A stretch of 59,529 nt of DNA, filler included, from Asterionella formosa (lineage: Eukaryota), in assembly GCA_002256025.1 (NCBI GenBank). It is 4 parts of 4 records of this genome, joined end to end, with 100 filler letters (N's around TTAATTAATTAA, not from the genome) between each part and the next. Parts side by side here need not be neighbours in the genome. Positions count along the whole stretch, not along the records: positions 44,751 to 59,529 come from NKIB01005752.1; 3 more parts are not named here. The stretch is one strand, 5' to 3'. The notes under the pieces were generated by a model. The model made no database searches. It saw nothing but the letters and a program-made list of their open reading frames with translations, and was not told the DNA's origin. Positions 46,938 to 59,529 of this stretch are shown here, piece by piece. The number at the start of each line of letters is the position of its first letter. The first letter of the stretch is position 1. Made by a program: the position numbers and the translations under genes.

Positions 46938-49900
46938 ATGAAGTTCCTTCTCGTTAGCAGCCTCCTCCTGCTGACGACGACTATTACAAGTGGCAAGGCC
47001 ATTTTAGGAGTAGACCTTGGGTCCTTATTCATGAAGGTCGCCTTGGTCCAACGTGGCGCCCCCTTGGAAATCGTCACTAATTTACATGCCAAACGCAAAA
47101 CGGAACAAATGATTCTCTTTGATGCTGGGACACGTCTCTATGGGGCTGATGCCGAAAGTCTGTATGGACGGAAACCACACGTCACGCCCAGTGCCATGAC
47201 TGTCATGTTGGGGCGAGATGAGGCGCATCCTGCTGTGCAGGTACGTACTTGTGTCTGCTTTGCTTTATGGACTTGCAGTAGGTATACACCTACAAATGGA
47301 GGCGATTGTGTATTCATCCACTAACTAATACATACATACACACAAACAGGTCTTGGTCGAACGGCATTATCCGCATGTCCCCACCTACAATGACACCAGA
47401 GCTGGGACGTACATTTCAGTGGCCAAGCATCAGTACACACCCGAAGAACTGATTTCCATGGTATTGGAACATGCCAAGGACATTACAAAGGCCTACGGGG
47501 AAGAAAAAGGAGCCTCCTTGGGCACTATTAAAGACGTGGTCTTGACTGTCCCATGTTTTGCCACGCAACATGAACGATTGGCTTTGTTGGATGCTGCATC
47601 ATTGGCCAATTTGAATGTACTGGCGCTCATTGATGAAACCACTGCAGCGGCGCTACAGTATGGTATGGACAAGGTGGAAGAAATGCCACAAATTATCATC
47701 TTTTATAATTTAGGAGCGTTCTCATTGCAAGTTTCCATTGTCAAATTTCTATCCTACAAACACAAGGATAGTAAGTATGCCAAAGAAAAGACTGTCGGTG
47801 GATTTGAAGTATTGGCCAAGGCATGGGATTCGACCTTTGGGGGCCAAGCGGTCGATCAAGTTATTGTCGATCATTTGGCAAATGAATTCAATGCGAAATT
47901 GAATCATGCTGGCTCAACGGCAAATGTTCGAGACGATTCACGTGCCATGGCCAAATTACGTCTACAAGCTAATAAGATCAAACACGTTCTTAGTGCAAAC
48001 TCTGAAATTCCCATTTATATTGATGGCTTGTATCAAGATACAGCGTTGTCGTCACACATGACCAGAATTCAGTTGGAGCTTTTATGTCATGACATGATGA
48101 AACGCGCTGTGACGCCAATTCAAACGGCATTGACCATGGCCAATTTGACTGCCAAGGATATTCATGGTATTGAATTGATTGGGGGAGGGATGCGGGTTCC
48201 TAAAGTACAGGAAGAAATTTCAAAATTGCTTCATGTGGAATTAGGCCTTCACATCAATTCGGATGAAAGTATGGCTTTGGGTGCTGCCTTTCATGGGGCC
48301 AACATTTCTACGGCATTTAAAGTTAGACATGTTGGGATGGCAGATATTAATCCATTCCCAGTGGCCATTGCATTGCTCAATATGGTTGAGGATGATGGAA
48401 GCAGTGAACCTTGGTCCAAAAAAGCCACCCTATTCAAGGCGAATGGGAAAGTTGGAGTCAAAAAGACCATTGCATTCACTCATGATCAAGATGTTCATTG
48501 TGCATTGGATTATGAAGATGTGGAAATTCTTCCTCAAGGAACTGAGTACGTATTCTACACAATATTTTATCTCGTTTTGTGCGTGTTGATGCCGGCGTGT
48601 TGTTCTCACAAATATCAATATGCATACATAGACTCTCGTTGGTCCGTTACAATATTACTGGAATTGCTGCTTTCGCTGCCGAAATGCAAGAAAAGGGACT
48701 TGGGAAGCCAAAGGTGTCACTTCAATTCGAATTGAGTAACAGTGGTATTACTCAATTAGTCAAGGCGGAAGCGGCTGTTGAAGAAACATATATGGGTGAG
48801 CAAGTCATTGAAGTGGATGATGATGATGATGACAGCAACAAGACGACGACCGAAGAGGCTTTGAACACGACCACGGAAGAAGCAAAGGACAGTGTGGACG
48901 AAACGACGAACGAAACCAAGACAGAGTCTACGGGCGATGAAAAGGAGGGCGCAAAGGACGACCAAAAGAAGAAGAAAGAGAAAAAGGAAAAGCCGAAACC
49001 AAAACCAAAGAAAAAGATCACTGTTGAGAAGGTGAGTAGGTTGTTGTGTGATGATAATTTTCTCGCAAAGCTTGTCCAACTGATTAGTTAGATTTTTGGT
49101 CTGCGAAAACCTCTCTCGCCTGCGTTTGTATCAAAGGAAAGGAAAAGAACCCACAGGAAAGCGTTGATTGTTGAATCTTACCATGTCGGGCGCATTCAGC
49201 CCTATTCTCCGGAACTCATGGCAGAATCCAAAGCCAAAATGGAAGAACTTGCTCGCAAGGACAAGGAGCGCCAGATGTTGGACGAAGCCCGCAACAATCT
49301 CGAGAGCTACATTTATCTTATTAAAAACAAGCTGTCCGACGACGAGGAAGCCATTGGCAAGGTTAGCACTCAAGAACAGCGCGACGAGTGCCAGAAGTTG
49401 GCCGATGCTGCCGAGGAGTGGATGTCCGACGACGGTTACGACGCCGACCATGCAACCATGGTTGCCAAGTTTGTTGAGTTGTCGACTCCCTTTGAGAAGA
49501 TTCGGTTCCGTCAAGCTGAGGCGATTACACGACCCGCCGCAATGGACGCTCTTACCAAGAAACTCACTCAGATAGAGGAGATGATGACGGTATGGGAATC
49601 CTCTATGCCCCAAGTCACGGAAGTTGAACGGAATGAGGTCCTTGCTAAAGTTGAACTTGTGAAGGCATGGATGAAAGAGCAACAGGAAGCTCAGGAGAAA
49701 GTTGCTCCCAGCGAAGAGCCAGCGTTCAAGAGTGAAGACGTTCCTCTCCAGACTAAAGGAATCGAATCAATTCTTGCAAGGCTTATCAGAAAGCCAAAGC
49801 CAAAGCTTCCCAAGAAAAACGAAACAAAGGCTGATAATGAAACCAAGGCCGAAAATGAGACGGTGACTCTTGATCCGAAGGACGGCGAAGAAATCTTGGA

Positions 49901-50015
49901 AGTGGTTGAGGAGGTCAAAAATGCAACAGAAGCAACCGAAAAGTCCGGGGTGGAAACAAGCGAAGAGACCAAGACAGAAGCCACAGAAGAGAAAAAGACA
50001 GTCGATGAACTGTAA
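46938..50015 (+). CDS. HYOU1: ER-luminal Hsp70/Hsp110-family chaperone Grp170/HYOU1/Lhs1, 4 exons, 925 aa
   Basis: Exons 46938-47240, 47350-48545, 48632-49031, 49137-50015; signal peptide, GVDLGS, ELIGGGMRVPKVQ, NSDESMALGA, ARNNLESYIY, C-terminal VDEL. Confidence 0.93.
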
Positions 50016-50059
50016 ATATAAGTAATAGGCTTGAAATTTAGAAGTAGGTTCCACAAAAC

Positions 50060-51000
50060 CCCTGCTGAATAATAGAGGATGAAGTGTCCGATTGGTTTCG
50101 CTTAGAAAAAGTAGAAAATCTTGGAAAAAACCATTGGACAATGAAAGTTGTTTCGCACTAATGACATCAGAAAGTTTAGGGTTACTTTTCACTTCTTTCC
50201 CTAGCTCCGGTCTCACTGTATATAGCCAAGTGAGGCAACATTGTGCAAACCAATCTTCTTTGTGAATCAAAATGCCTTTCATACCTACTACTTGGACCGG
50301 AAAGACCGGGATATTTATTTTGGGAAATGACTCAAGTACATTCGATTGAGATTCTCTGTTACACTTGCTTCTTGAAAAGAATACAAATAACGAAATATAA
50401 TAAAATAACAAACTTACAGTAAAATTTCTTTGTCTTGAAAATGTAAGTCACAATTTTCTTTGTGACAGTTGAGGGTTCGATTTTAGCTAAGAAGAAGGAA
50501 CGACGTACTGACAATGCTGCTGTAGTAGAAGAATCTTGATAACTATGTAAGGAAGAGTTTTTAAAAGAATTAAGGCCTTTGTAATGAGCAAGCTCAGTGG
50601 CCAATTAATAATAACCTTTAGCAACTGCTAGGTTTTTTCCTTAGTTTTTCGTGTATTGCTTAGTCCTGATGATTCGAAAATTTCTGATATGGAACCTCTA
50701 CCACCTGAATTCGGGAATTATGAATGGTAGTATCAACAGGAGGAGCTTTTCTGTTATCAAAAAAAGAATCATCATCATCATCATCACTATCACTATTGAT
50801 GAGAACGTATGCGGCAGATGGTGTACCTATTGATGATGGGGTAGCAGATCTCTGAGAATTATAACGAAGAATGGATGACGTTGTTCTTTCACTTGAAGCT
50901 GGAGTATCAGGACTTGATGAGAGTTGGCGAGTTACACCATCACAACCTTGATGACATTCCGTAGCTACTATGCATGATGAACTTAAGCACATCTCCTGCC
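50060..51000 (-). pseudogene. Diverged copy of accessory ORF A (8400-9306)
   Basis: MKGI..HK.DWF..C.LT.LYTVRPELGKEV.S.P.L, IFKTKKF and VPY.KFSN..D blocks are shared. Confidence 0.85.
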
Positions 51001-53065
51001 TCACGATATCCTTTTCAGTTCAATGTGCATAATGGTATGTACTATGTACCACATGAGGGTTACAGGAAGTATGAAATACCAGGTACTGTAAAACCGAGTG
51101 ACCTATTGCAAGGCACTGATGGGCATAGGTTGGTGATATTATAATACAGTAATACTGCGGGCTATATTTTGAGAAAGACAGTATATTGGTATACTGTAGT
51201 CAATTGCCAAACAGTTCAGTATACTGGTATGCTGTATTAAATTGCCAAACAGTTAAGTATTCCAATATAGAAATGACATTATACTACCAGTATACTGCTA
51301 CTGCTACCAAGCAGTATTCTTGAGATCATATTAATCTATTAAATGATCATCCATCTATTTTCACAACCATATTTCTTTGGTTAAATCTGGAGAGAGTTAA
51401 AGCCATCATGAGTTTGATGAGGTTGTGCACTTCTAGTTTTTGTGATAATTTTAGTGATGTGATGATATAATGCTGATTTTTATCTAGTTTTCTTGGTTTT
51501 CCTATAGCCTATGTTCATACAAAGAGAAATTTTGCACTCCCATCCTTGCTTTACAAGAAATGCAGGATTTTCTGTAATATTCCTACAAAGCTATATACTG
51601 GTAAGCTACCGGTATCCTTGTAAAATTCTAGAAACAGTATGGTATTTCAAAGGAGGAGCATCAGTATCCAATACTGTGGTATACTGCTTTGCAGCATACT
51701 TTGTTGTTAATGTATTACGTTTTGTTGATAGATCTATCATTATGCAAAGAAGGCTATAGATATAGACATTTGTTTCTCTTTGACTTCATTTCTATTTTCT
51801 TATTGTGAGTTACTAAACTAGTTTAGTTTGTTCGGTTTGAATAATCAACTATTCTCCAAATGTTGTTGCTAGAAACATAGATAGACCCATTTCTATCTCA
51901 CACTAACTGATCATAGTTGTATATCCATTGATTATCATTTAATTCAAACTATTGGTCTTCTGAATCGCTTATATTGTCCAGCTATAATCAGAGTAATAAC
52001 ATCATGTGGTTGATGAGAGCTTGGTACATCAAAGTCGACTCATTTGCCTCATTTGATTATGAGCCATAATTACTTAGATAAGATCAGTTTAACATACTGG
52101 TATTTCCACCAACCTCTGACACCGGTTCTTATTAAGGTACTCCATACCTTCATACTTACTAGCTAAGCCTGTTTTAAGTACATACCGGTCATGTCATAGC
52201 ATAGGCCTAAAATATAGTCCCAGGTAGTATGACCAGCCCAAGTTATCATCGTTTTTTACTCGTCGGAGTGGCCTCGACACTCCTGCCGCTTCTGCCTGTT
52301 TCATATTTAGACTGCTAAATACGCAAGTGGAGGGGGAGAGTGAAGAATTTTATGTACCTGATATGAGGGGTTGTAAATACATAAATGATGGTATATTGTT
52401 GTCATCTCTACCTTGTACCTCCTTGTACGCGACTGCCACCAGCCCATACGGTAGACTACCTGGTACCAGCAAGTTGCAGTAATTGTGTTGAAACAACAAT
52501 TTAGCTCTCTTTATCCCATATTGAATTGCTTATTTAAGCTAAATGGCCGCAACTAGCAGTACCTGGTACCGGGACAAGATGTGTTTACCGGTACCAGTCA
52601 CGGTACTGGTACTGGTACCTGGTTGAAACGTTGCGCTCAATTGCAAAGAGTACCACCAAATACCACAAGGACCAAGAACTAACTCCTGGTCCAGGTAACA
52701 AACAGGTTCCCTGGTAACGGTCCAAGGACAAAGCAAGGCAAATAATGGTAGTAACAGATACCCCGGTACCGGTATGATGCACATAGCTCGTGTCACACTG
52801 CCTCCAGTGAAATATCCACGATCGATGTGTGGTCAACTCCGACCTTCCGCACCTGTGTTCCATATTCGAATCCTCCGGGTTCTGCAAGTTAAATTTTTTA
52901 TGTTCGTTATTCATAATGAATATTTTCAGTTTATTACGAAACGGCCAACAATGCCACTGCCAAGACGAAGCAAGCGCGAACCTTTCTTGAGGAACGACGT
53001 ACCTTCGGCACTTTTGGATCACTTGGATGGTCAAACAAATTGATTCAGACACAACCAGCTAGATT

Positions 53066-53791
53066 ATGGTGCCTATGCCAAGTTTCTTTCCTTTGCTTCT
53101 TCCTGAGCATCATCCCATGAATTCTTACAATATTGGGTGCTTGAAGACGCCCGACAATACAATTCCAATGGAAATGAGAGGAATTCAGCTTGGACGACGC
53201 AAAGCAAGATCGGCTTCCATCGAAGCGACGATGCACTCCGTGGAGAAAAAAATATTGGCCCGTGTCGCCAACATTACTATATCTTGCGAAGATTGGAAGG
53301 GACTGCCCAAAGAAGAATCTTTGCCACTTTCGCAGGCTCCAAGTACGCCCCTTTTCAGTCTTGCAACTGTCAGTATCCCCGACTTGAGCTTTCCTGAAAT
53401 CGGTGGTAGTCTGACCGGAAAATTTTCAGAATTGAGCATTCCTAACCTCCAGAAACGCAGTTTTGTCTGTGAAACTCCTTTGACTCCTCGAGTTTCCAAT
53501 ACTCGTCGATACAAGAAGCGCAAGCATTCGTTAGACAATGCTCCGTACATCCCTGTTGAGTCGCCACTTTCCGAAGAATTATCCCTCCCACGACTTCTGC
53601 ATCGATATTCACAAATTCCGAAAGCATCCAACTCATCTCCATTCATCGCAATAGTTAGCAAGACTCCTTGTACAAAAAGACGCCGTAGGCGCTTGTTGGC
53701 TCGTCAGCATGAGCAGATGACAACAGATTTTCCAATTTTCCCCTGCTTATCGCCGCACGACCGTCCATTGATACCAACACTTCACAGTTAA
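53066..53791 (+). CDS. Hypothetical Ser/Pro-rich basic protein (241 aa)
   Basis: Long ATG-initiated ORF, CpG-rich like host genes, with basic clusters RRYKKRKH and KRRRRR; no recognised domain. Confidence 0.55.
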   Translation: MVPMPSFFPLLLPEHHPMNSYNIGCLKTPDNTIPMEMRGIQLGRRKARSASIEATMHSVEKKILARVANITISCEDWKGLPKEESLPLSQAPSTPLFSLATVSIPDLSFPEIGGSLTGKFSELSIPNLQKRSFVCETPLTPRVSNTRRYKKRKHSLDNAPYIPVESPLSEELSLPRLLHRYSQIPKASNSSPFIAIVSKTPCTKRRRRRLLARQHEQMTTDFPIFPCLSPHDRPLIPTLHS

Positions 53792-54373
53792 TGGTTTTGA
53801 ATATCGCTTCCTGCCAAACCTGATCTACACTGAATAATTCTGAAACTTCGATATCCTGCACAATGTCCTTGTTGTTTAGCAGACGAATTCATGGCTTGTA
53901 GCCATTGCATGTCCCTACTATTTGTAATTACATCGCATTTGTTGAACCCTGTAAGGCATATGCCACGACCTTCAACAGCGACTTCATAGAATATATTGTC
54001 GATTTATAAATACTCAAATATTTCTCAGTGCTGATTTCATTATTGCATTCGCCGCTGAAGGAGATTTGTTTTAAATATACAGGGCACCAAATGGACTCGG
54101 ATTACATCTTTGTTCAGCAGAGCGTTGCCTTGAAACAGATTCTGGGATTTCTTTCGCTCAAATCTACTTATTTTACATCGTGATCAACTACAAGGAACTC
54201 TTTCCAGACAATTTCTAGCCTACTGGATGTACAACTGTGGAGTCGTCTACATGAAATATATTATTCAGCAATGTAGGCTAACTGTTACATCTCGCTGCGA
54301 CTTTGCCTCAAAATGCCTGCTGGCCTCTCATCTCATCACTCTTCTAAATGTACGTACGAATCAACATTCTTGA

Positions 54374-55348
54374 TTAACCCTCCAAAATTCCTTCCACTTT
54401 AACCATACCCTTTTCCTGCAAACCCAAAGTTCTCCACATTCGTTCCAACTCCTCATCACTTCCCTGGATGGCGATTTCATTTTCTGTCTCTTCATCATTG
54501 GTTGATAACTTGACCTCACAATCGTCTACTCGGTCTCCTGCCTGCCAGTAGTAGATTCCGGCATAGGGGGACAGTGCAACAAGGAAAAACCAATTGGGTT
54601 CACCAATTCCGGGAATAACTGAAGGATAATAAAAAAATGTTGAGTATTGTTCCTAGACATGAAATCCCAAGTCACAAAAACAATTTATATAGCTATGGCA
54701 TTCAGAAACAGAACGATGAGACTTACCCAAATTTTGAAATTGAATTTGCAGCACAAGTGCCAAGGACGCCATACCCAAGGCTGTACAAAAGACTAGAAAG
54801 AACGCCTGGCTCGTACTTCGCTGAATCAGTCCTCGAAATGTGATCGTTTCTCCAGCCTCAACGACGTCATAATTATTGGCCTTCATGTAGGCCATGATTT
54901 CACCTGCTTGACTTCGCAATGTTTTTCCATCAGGCGCATTCTCACCGGGACTTGAGAAAATAAAATGTAGTGAATCGATTAATGATTGAGTGTGAACAAA
55001 CTCCAGAAAGACGTAATTTCACAACAGCACAGTTCCCTACCTCACAAAGGTCTTTCTCTTGATTTTAGCTGACGTTGATCGCTTGATTTGCGACCATAGT
55101 CCAGGAAAGCTCATGACATAGAGACCCAGGACAGTATAGTACGAAACTTTGGAATAACTGCCTGGCAAATCAGCAACGTTGCCATTCGCCAGTAACGGAG
55201 TTAATGAACTGGTGATGGAATCAGGATCGATCAACGCTTGCAACGGGGTTTGTGTGGCTCGAGACAGTGTTCTCAACCTGTTGGCAGGAACGATAAAGGC
55301 ATGACCAACTGACAGCACGGAGAGAAGGAGCAAAGCGAATGAGTGCAT
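54374..55348 (-). CDS. CCB1: Cofactor assembly of complex C subunit B (cytochrome b6 haem ci biogenesis), plastid-targeted, 3 exons, 258 aa
   Basis: Exons 55348-55041, 54950-54727, 54618-54374; signal peptide plus GHA/FIVP; SYYTVLGLY.MSFPGLWS.IKRS, ITFRG, LSPYAGIYYW, EELERMW..L. Confidence 0.92.
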
Positions 55349-56365
55349 CTTCTGTCGGGGGATGGGATGTGTTCAACAAGTTTCGGGTAAGCAAATGCAA
55401 AGGCTAAACTCGTCGGGCTGATGGCTATTTTTTCTGAACACATGCATCAGACGAGGAGAGCCCAATATGTTACATCCATTCTTCGGAGTGCGTACACACA
55501 TAATTCACAGTCATTCACCACACCTTTTACGTCAGAATAGATTAAGATAGCAGTACCGGTATATTTCCGGTAATAACAGGTGAACGTCTTTTTTAGTACA
55601 TAGTGAGTTTTATTTACACACTAACAATTGTCGTGGTTCATATTTCTATGGAATCTTGATTAGTCATTTTGCAGTTTAATCTAGACATTTATACCGACAT
55701 TCAACAATACACTGCTTGTTCTTTAGGGTGATTACAAATTTTGCATCACATGAATAATCACTAATTCCCCTGACTAAGCAACCCATAGTGTCTTTTTGGT
55801 CACTTTTGTGCAATGAAGGTAACAAGCAATGGACCACCAACTCTTACACTTCATCCCATCAGCACTGACATTCTGGGCAACCAAAATCAGAGCAGGATCC
55901 CTCTCCACTTCTGACTCTACAATTAACCAGTGTGTCTTGACATCATGTCAGACATGTATCATGACTGTAGTTGAATTGACCATTGCCATTGTCGTCATGA
56001 TTCGGGGGGGGGGGGGGGTGTAATTTTACCTATGGTTGATTGCTGCATTTTTTGGTGATTCCATCATCAACAAATATTTGCTGGGTTCCCAGGTCATATG
56101 ACAGATAATTGCTGGTTGGAGTATAAAGTATATATATACAAAGGGCAATGAAGAATGTATTCTGATATATATATTTAGCAAATTCGAGAAGGAATCTATG
56201 TTAGTATGTGCAAATTTCCGCTGATTGAAATATTTCAAATGGAATCATTGTTATTCATAATTAGCACATCAAGCGACGTTCCCAGTCAGTTCCAGGGAAT
56301 TTCGGCAACCCTACTATGCAACATTTTAATTTTTGCCCAGGGTTTAATATACAAGAAAGACGCCA

Positions 56366-58942
56366 TTAATAACGGGATCTTTCCGGCTCGACAGGCTGGT
56401 ATCAGTCTCCCTTTGCGACCCGATAAGAAAGCCTTAACATCTCCTTCCCTTAACTTTACATACATCGATGGCTAGTACTATTTCGTCTGAGAAAAAGGGC
56501 TATATATGTTTAAGACAAAGAATTGAAATTTGAACTAGTAATATTTAGTCGTGAGCCAGTCACAACATGAAAAATTCCACAGACACATATCAGTCTGGAC
56601 TGGAAGGACTCAATACTGCTTCCATGGAATGATGTAAACAACAGTCAACACAAGAACGATAGACACCCATGGAGCATATACAACATGTCCGAGTCTTTCT
56701 TTTGCAGTCTACACATGTACTTCTTTGGGGGTGGGAACTGTCTGCATCCACAACCTCTGTCCAGAAAATTGTCTTGCCTTTGGGTAGCCGGAAAACTTTG
56801 TGCTCAGAATTTTTTGTCTATCTCGATGAACTTCGAGGCGATTCTTCTTCTTCTTTGTAATAAGGATGACATACCAGTGCCTCTGCCAAAAGCTTGCGAA
56901 AACCGAGCATGCCATCAACCTCCTCCTTGCAGAAGTGTTTATATGCCAGCATGGCATTTACCTCCGTGACTGACAAGATGAATGCAAACACTCTATTTGG
57001 CCACCATTTCGTCGCCCATTCCACCTCCAAACTGATTGGGGAATGCCTTTTGCATTATGATTGTCAACAGCATGCCGAAACTTGTAGTGGTTGTGGATAA
57101 CCTCAGTATATGTAACCTGTTTTTGGCACTTTGTTCCTTGTACCAACCAATTTCTCATTGAAACCTTGCCAATTGGTTCTAAGGTCCCATACTTAGACAT
57201 TAGAGACATCACGTAGTCTGATTCCTTCATGCAAAAAAATATATGTGGAAGGGGATGTTGTCTAGTTTTCCTGGCTTGGCATCTGCAAAGCCACACTCAA
57301 GGCTTTCGAAGTGTGCCTTGATTTCTTCACCTCGGATGTATTTTGGCCAGAAGCGGCGTTTCTTTATCAGTGCTGGCTGATACATAGTACAATCCCTTCT
57401 TCCTTAATTCAATGATTCCCTTTAGTACACAAAATACACTGTCAAGATTAATTATCCTTGCTGACCCCCAAATCGATTTTGAGAGTCGAAGCAATAGCCC
57501 AACAGTCTTCCCACCAAGATCATCAAACTCTTGATCTTGATATTGTCGTGATCGGGGAGCATCTTTTCCCTCCACTATTTCCATTGCAAACATGATTCCT
57601 GTATTGCCACAGCAAACTGTGTGGTATTCATTTCCGAATGGCCAAGGCTTTTGGGGAACAAACATGAATCCAGGACAGGTATGCATGTTTGTCCATGTAG
57701 ACATTGATTCGTCTAAGCAATGTGTCCTGGCTTAAAATTATTTTGCATGTTTTTATCCCATGCTTCAATCATTTCCCTTACTTCATGAAAGCGGTCCGGA
57801 TAATCAGGTGCTGGCCGAATTGTATAGCCTATAGCCTTAAGAATTGAATCGAATTGATCACTAGACATGAGGTGATTTAGCCGAAATGAGGCATTGTTGA
57901 AAATATTGGTAGGCGCAACTGACCAAAAATTATGCCATTTTGTTCCCTGCATTGTTGCCATTAAAAACAATATTCCAATCCATCTGAGTAGCTCACAATA
58001 GGTAACAGATTTGCCCTCTATCTTTAGATTAATGATAAACAAAACATTCTCTTTCAAGAACTCAGAAGGAAAAAATAATTCGAACAATTGGAAGACAGTC
58101 GGTTTCAACTGAGTTGGGAAATGATGAAAGTCTTGGATTGCAGTTTGATGCCCCCATCAGTCTCCTGTAGCGAATTCCTGAGTGTCCCCACTCATCCTCA
58201 AACAAATTGTTTATTAATTCATTAGGATGAACAACATTTTCAGGTACTGGGGCATTTTTATCCTCAATAGCAACAAATCCAGGTGCAAAGGCAACGTCAT
58301 CAGCATCATAAATTGTGCCAGTGCGTTCGACAAGTTCGAAGAGCTCGAAAGGCATCACTTCATCTTCTACTGCCTCCTAAGGTACATAATCGCCTTTGCC
58401 ATAGTAAAAGTAGTCTGAATCACCCTCAGAAATGATGTTGAAGTGCTTTTCAAGAGCATACAGCTCAGTCGTATCAGCATCATCCACAGTCCCGGGAGCT
58501 GTGACCACAATGGCCATCACCTGCTCTTTAGCTACCTCTAATTTTCTTGAGCTCCCTCCTCAGAACTGTCATTCCTTCAAGTCGATGACCTTTTCCAATG
58601 TTCAGATGATGATTTCGGACCCACAGTCAGGGGTGAATGTACTTGGATAGGCATGAAACGACAGCACCTTTGCCCATGGTCAATTTTCGTTTTCACGCCA
58701 GCATCCCGCACAAACATTTTTGAGATTTTTTCGGCTGGTAGGCTTCTCGTGTATCTGAAATTATTTTTAAACCTATAAGCTTATTGCCATGCATACCTCC
58801 AGAAACCTACATTTCTGTAGATTTAAATTAACTTTAATGAAATATCCGTTGAATTGATCTAGGGGCAAGGGATTGAAAACCCAGACTGAATCCAGTCTAT
58901 AAGACTGAAATCAGCCTAGCCGGAAAGAATCCGAAAAGTTAA
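56366..58942 (-). mobile_element. piggyBac (DDE_Tnp_1_7-like) element with a frameshifted transposase and putative degenerate TIRs bounded by TTAA
   Basis: LDESMS, PGFMFVPQKPWPFGNEYH, LDS.F.VL, RHAVDNHN, W..RVFAFILSVTEVNA and a Cys-rich C-terminus; ends TTAA..GGATCTTTCCGGCT..AGGCTG.TATCAGTCT and its near reverse complement. Confidence 0.85.
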
Positions 58943-59293
58943 GGTACTAGGTACCTGGAAACGGTATACATGGTACTTGAGTACAAACAAGACTTGGAGT
59001 ACATACGTTCGACAACGTTTTGATCCATTTGCCTGCACTTCCGGAAAAAAACCTCAAAAAGGGGATCAACTACCGGTATGCCTGCATCGTATTTGGAGAA
59101 TTCCACCACCATATTCTACCAGTGGCTAGCTATATCCTAAACCTAAAAGTATGCAATCGAAACAGTTCAGTAGGAATACTCCTCATCATTTCTCTAGTTC
59201 AGGAGGAAAATTGAGAGAACATCTTACGGTGAATCTTAGAAAGTCAACAATAGAGAAATTAAGTTCCTACGAAGAACTTCACTTGAGCATTAA

Positions 59294-59529
59294 TCATTGA
59301 TAGCTACTGTGCCAATCATTTTCGAGCAAGGAGATGACTTTTGGAATGGCTGGACATGGGAAACGTGGATACCTGTCGTGACACAAGCAAGCGGTGGAAT
59401 CATTGTTGGATTGGTCACCAAACATGCTGGGTCAGTGAGAAAAGGATTTGGTTTGATTTTTGGGCTCTTTCTGAGTGGAGTCTTGCAAGCACAACTTGCA
59501 AAAGACGATGGAGGAGTCACGCTCCCACA
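59294..59529 (+). CDS. Nucleotide-sugar transporter (SLC35A-like) C-terminal region, partial
   Basis: FWNGWTWETWIPVVTQASGGIIVGLVTKHAGSVRKGFGLIFG; in-frame stop at 59291, no N-terminal half seen, runs off the window. Confidence 0.7.

Noticed and set aside
55680..55830. Possible Cys-rich piggyBac C-terminal relic sharing TTTTGTGCAATGAAGGTAA with 11746
   Set aside because: The match is short and the translation is interrupted; insufficient for a feature call

Overview
Eukaryotic nuclear DNA, most likely from a diatom: short GT-AG introns, two bipartite plastid-targeting presequences with ASAFAP-like cleavage sites, an ER chaperone ending in VDEL, and stramenopile-type transposons. The window is not one locus. 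Three identical 100-nt linkers (N44-TTAATTAATTAA-N44) join four segments of 14833, 14827, 14790 and 14779 nt, so adjacency across linkers is artificial. Host genes: sulfotransferase, Arf-like GTPase, plastid RibD-like probable pseudoenzyme, METTL13 C-terminal-domain methyltransferase, MBF1, riboflavin kinase, WDR89, a Cu/Zn-SOD-fold C-terminus, proteasome alpha2, HYOU1/Grp170, CCB1 and a nucleotide-sugar transporter fragment. The rest is mostly decayed mobile DNA: Plavaka-like, Harbinger, piggyBac, pogo, CryptonS, Ty3/gypsy and LINE remnants. The best candidate for an undescribed system is a multi-gene Plavaka-like element family with an unknown spliced accessory gene and tandem-repeat blocks, with relatives on three of the four contigs. 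All family assignments come from motif recognition by eye, not from database searches.
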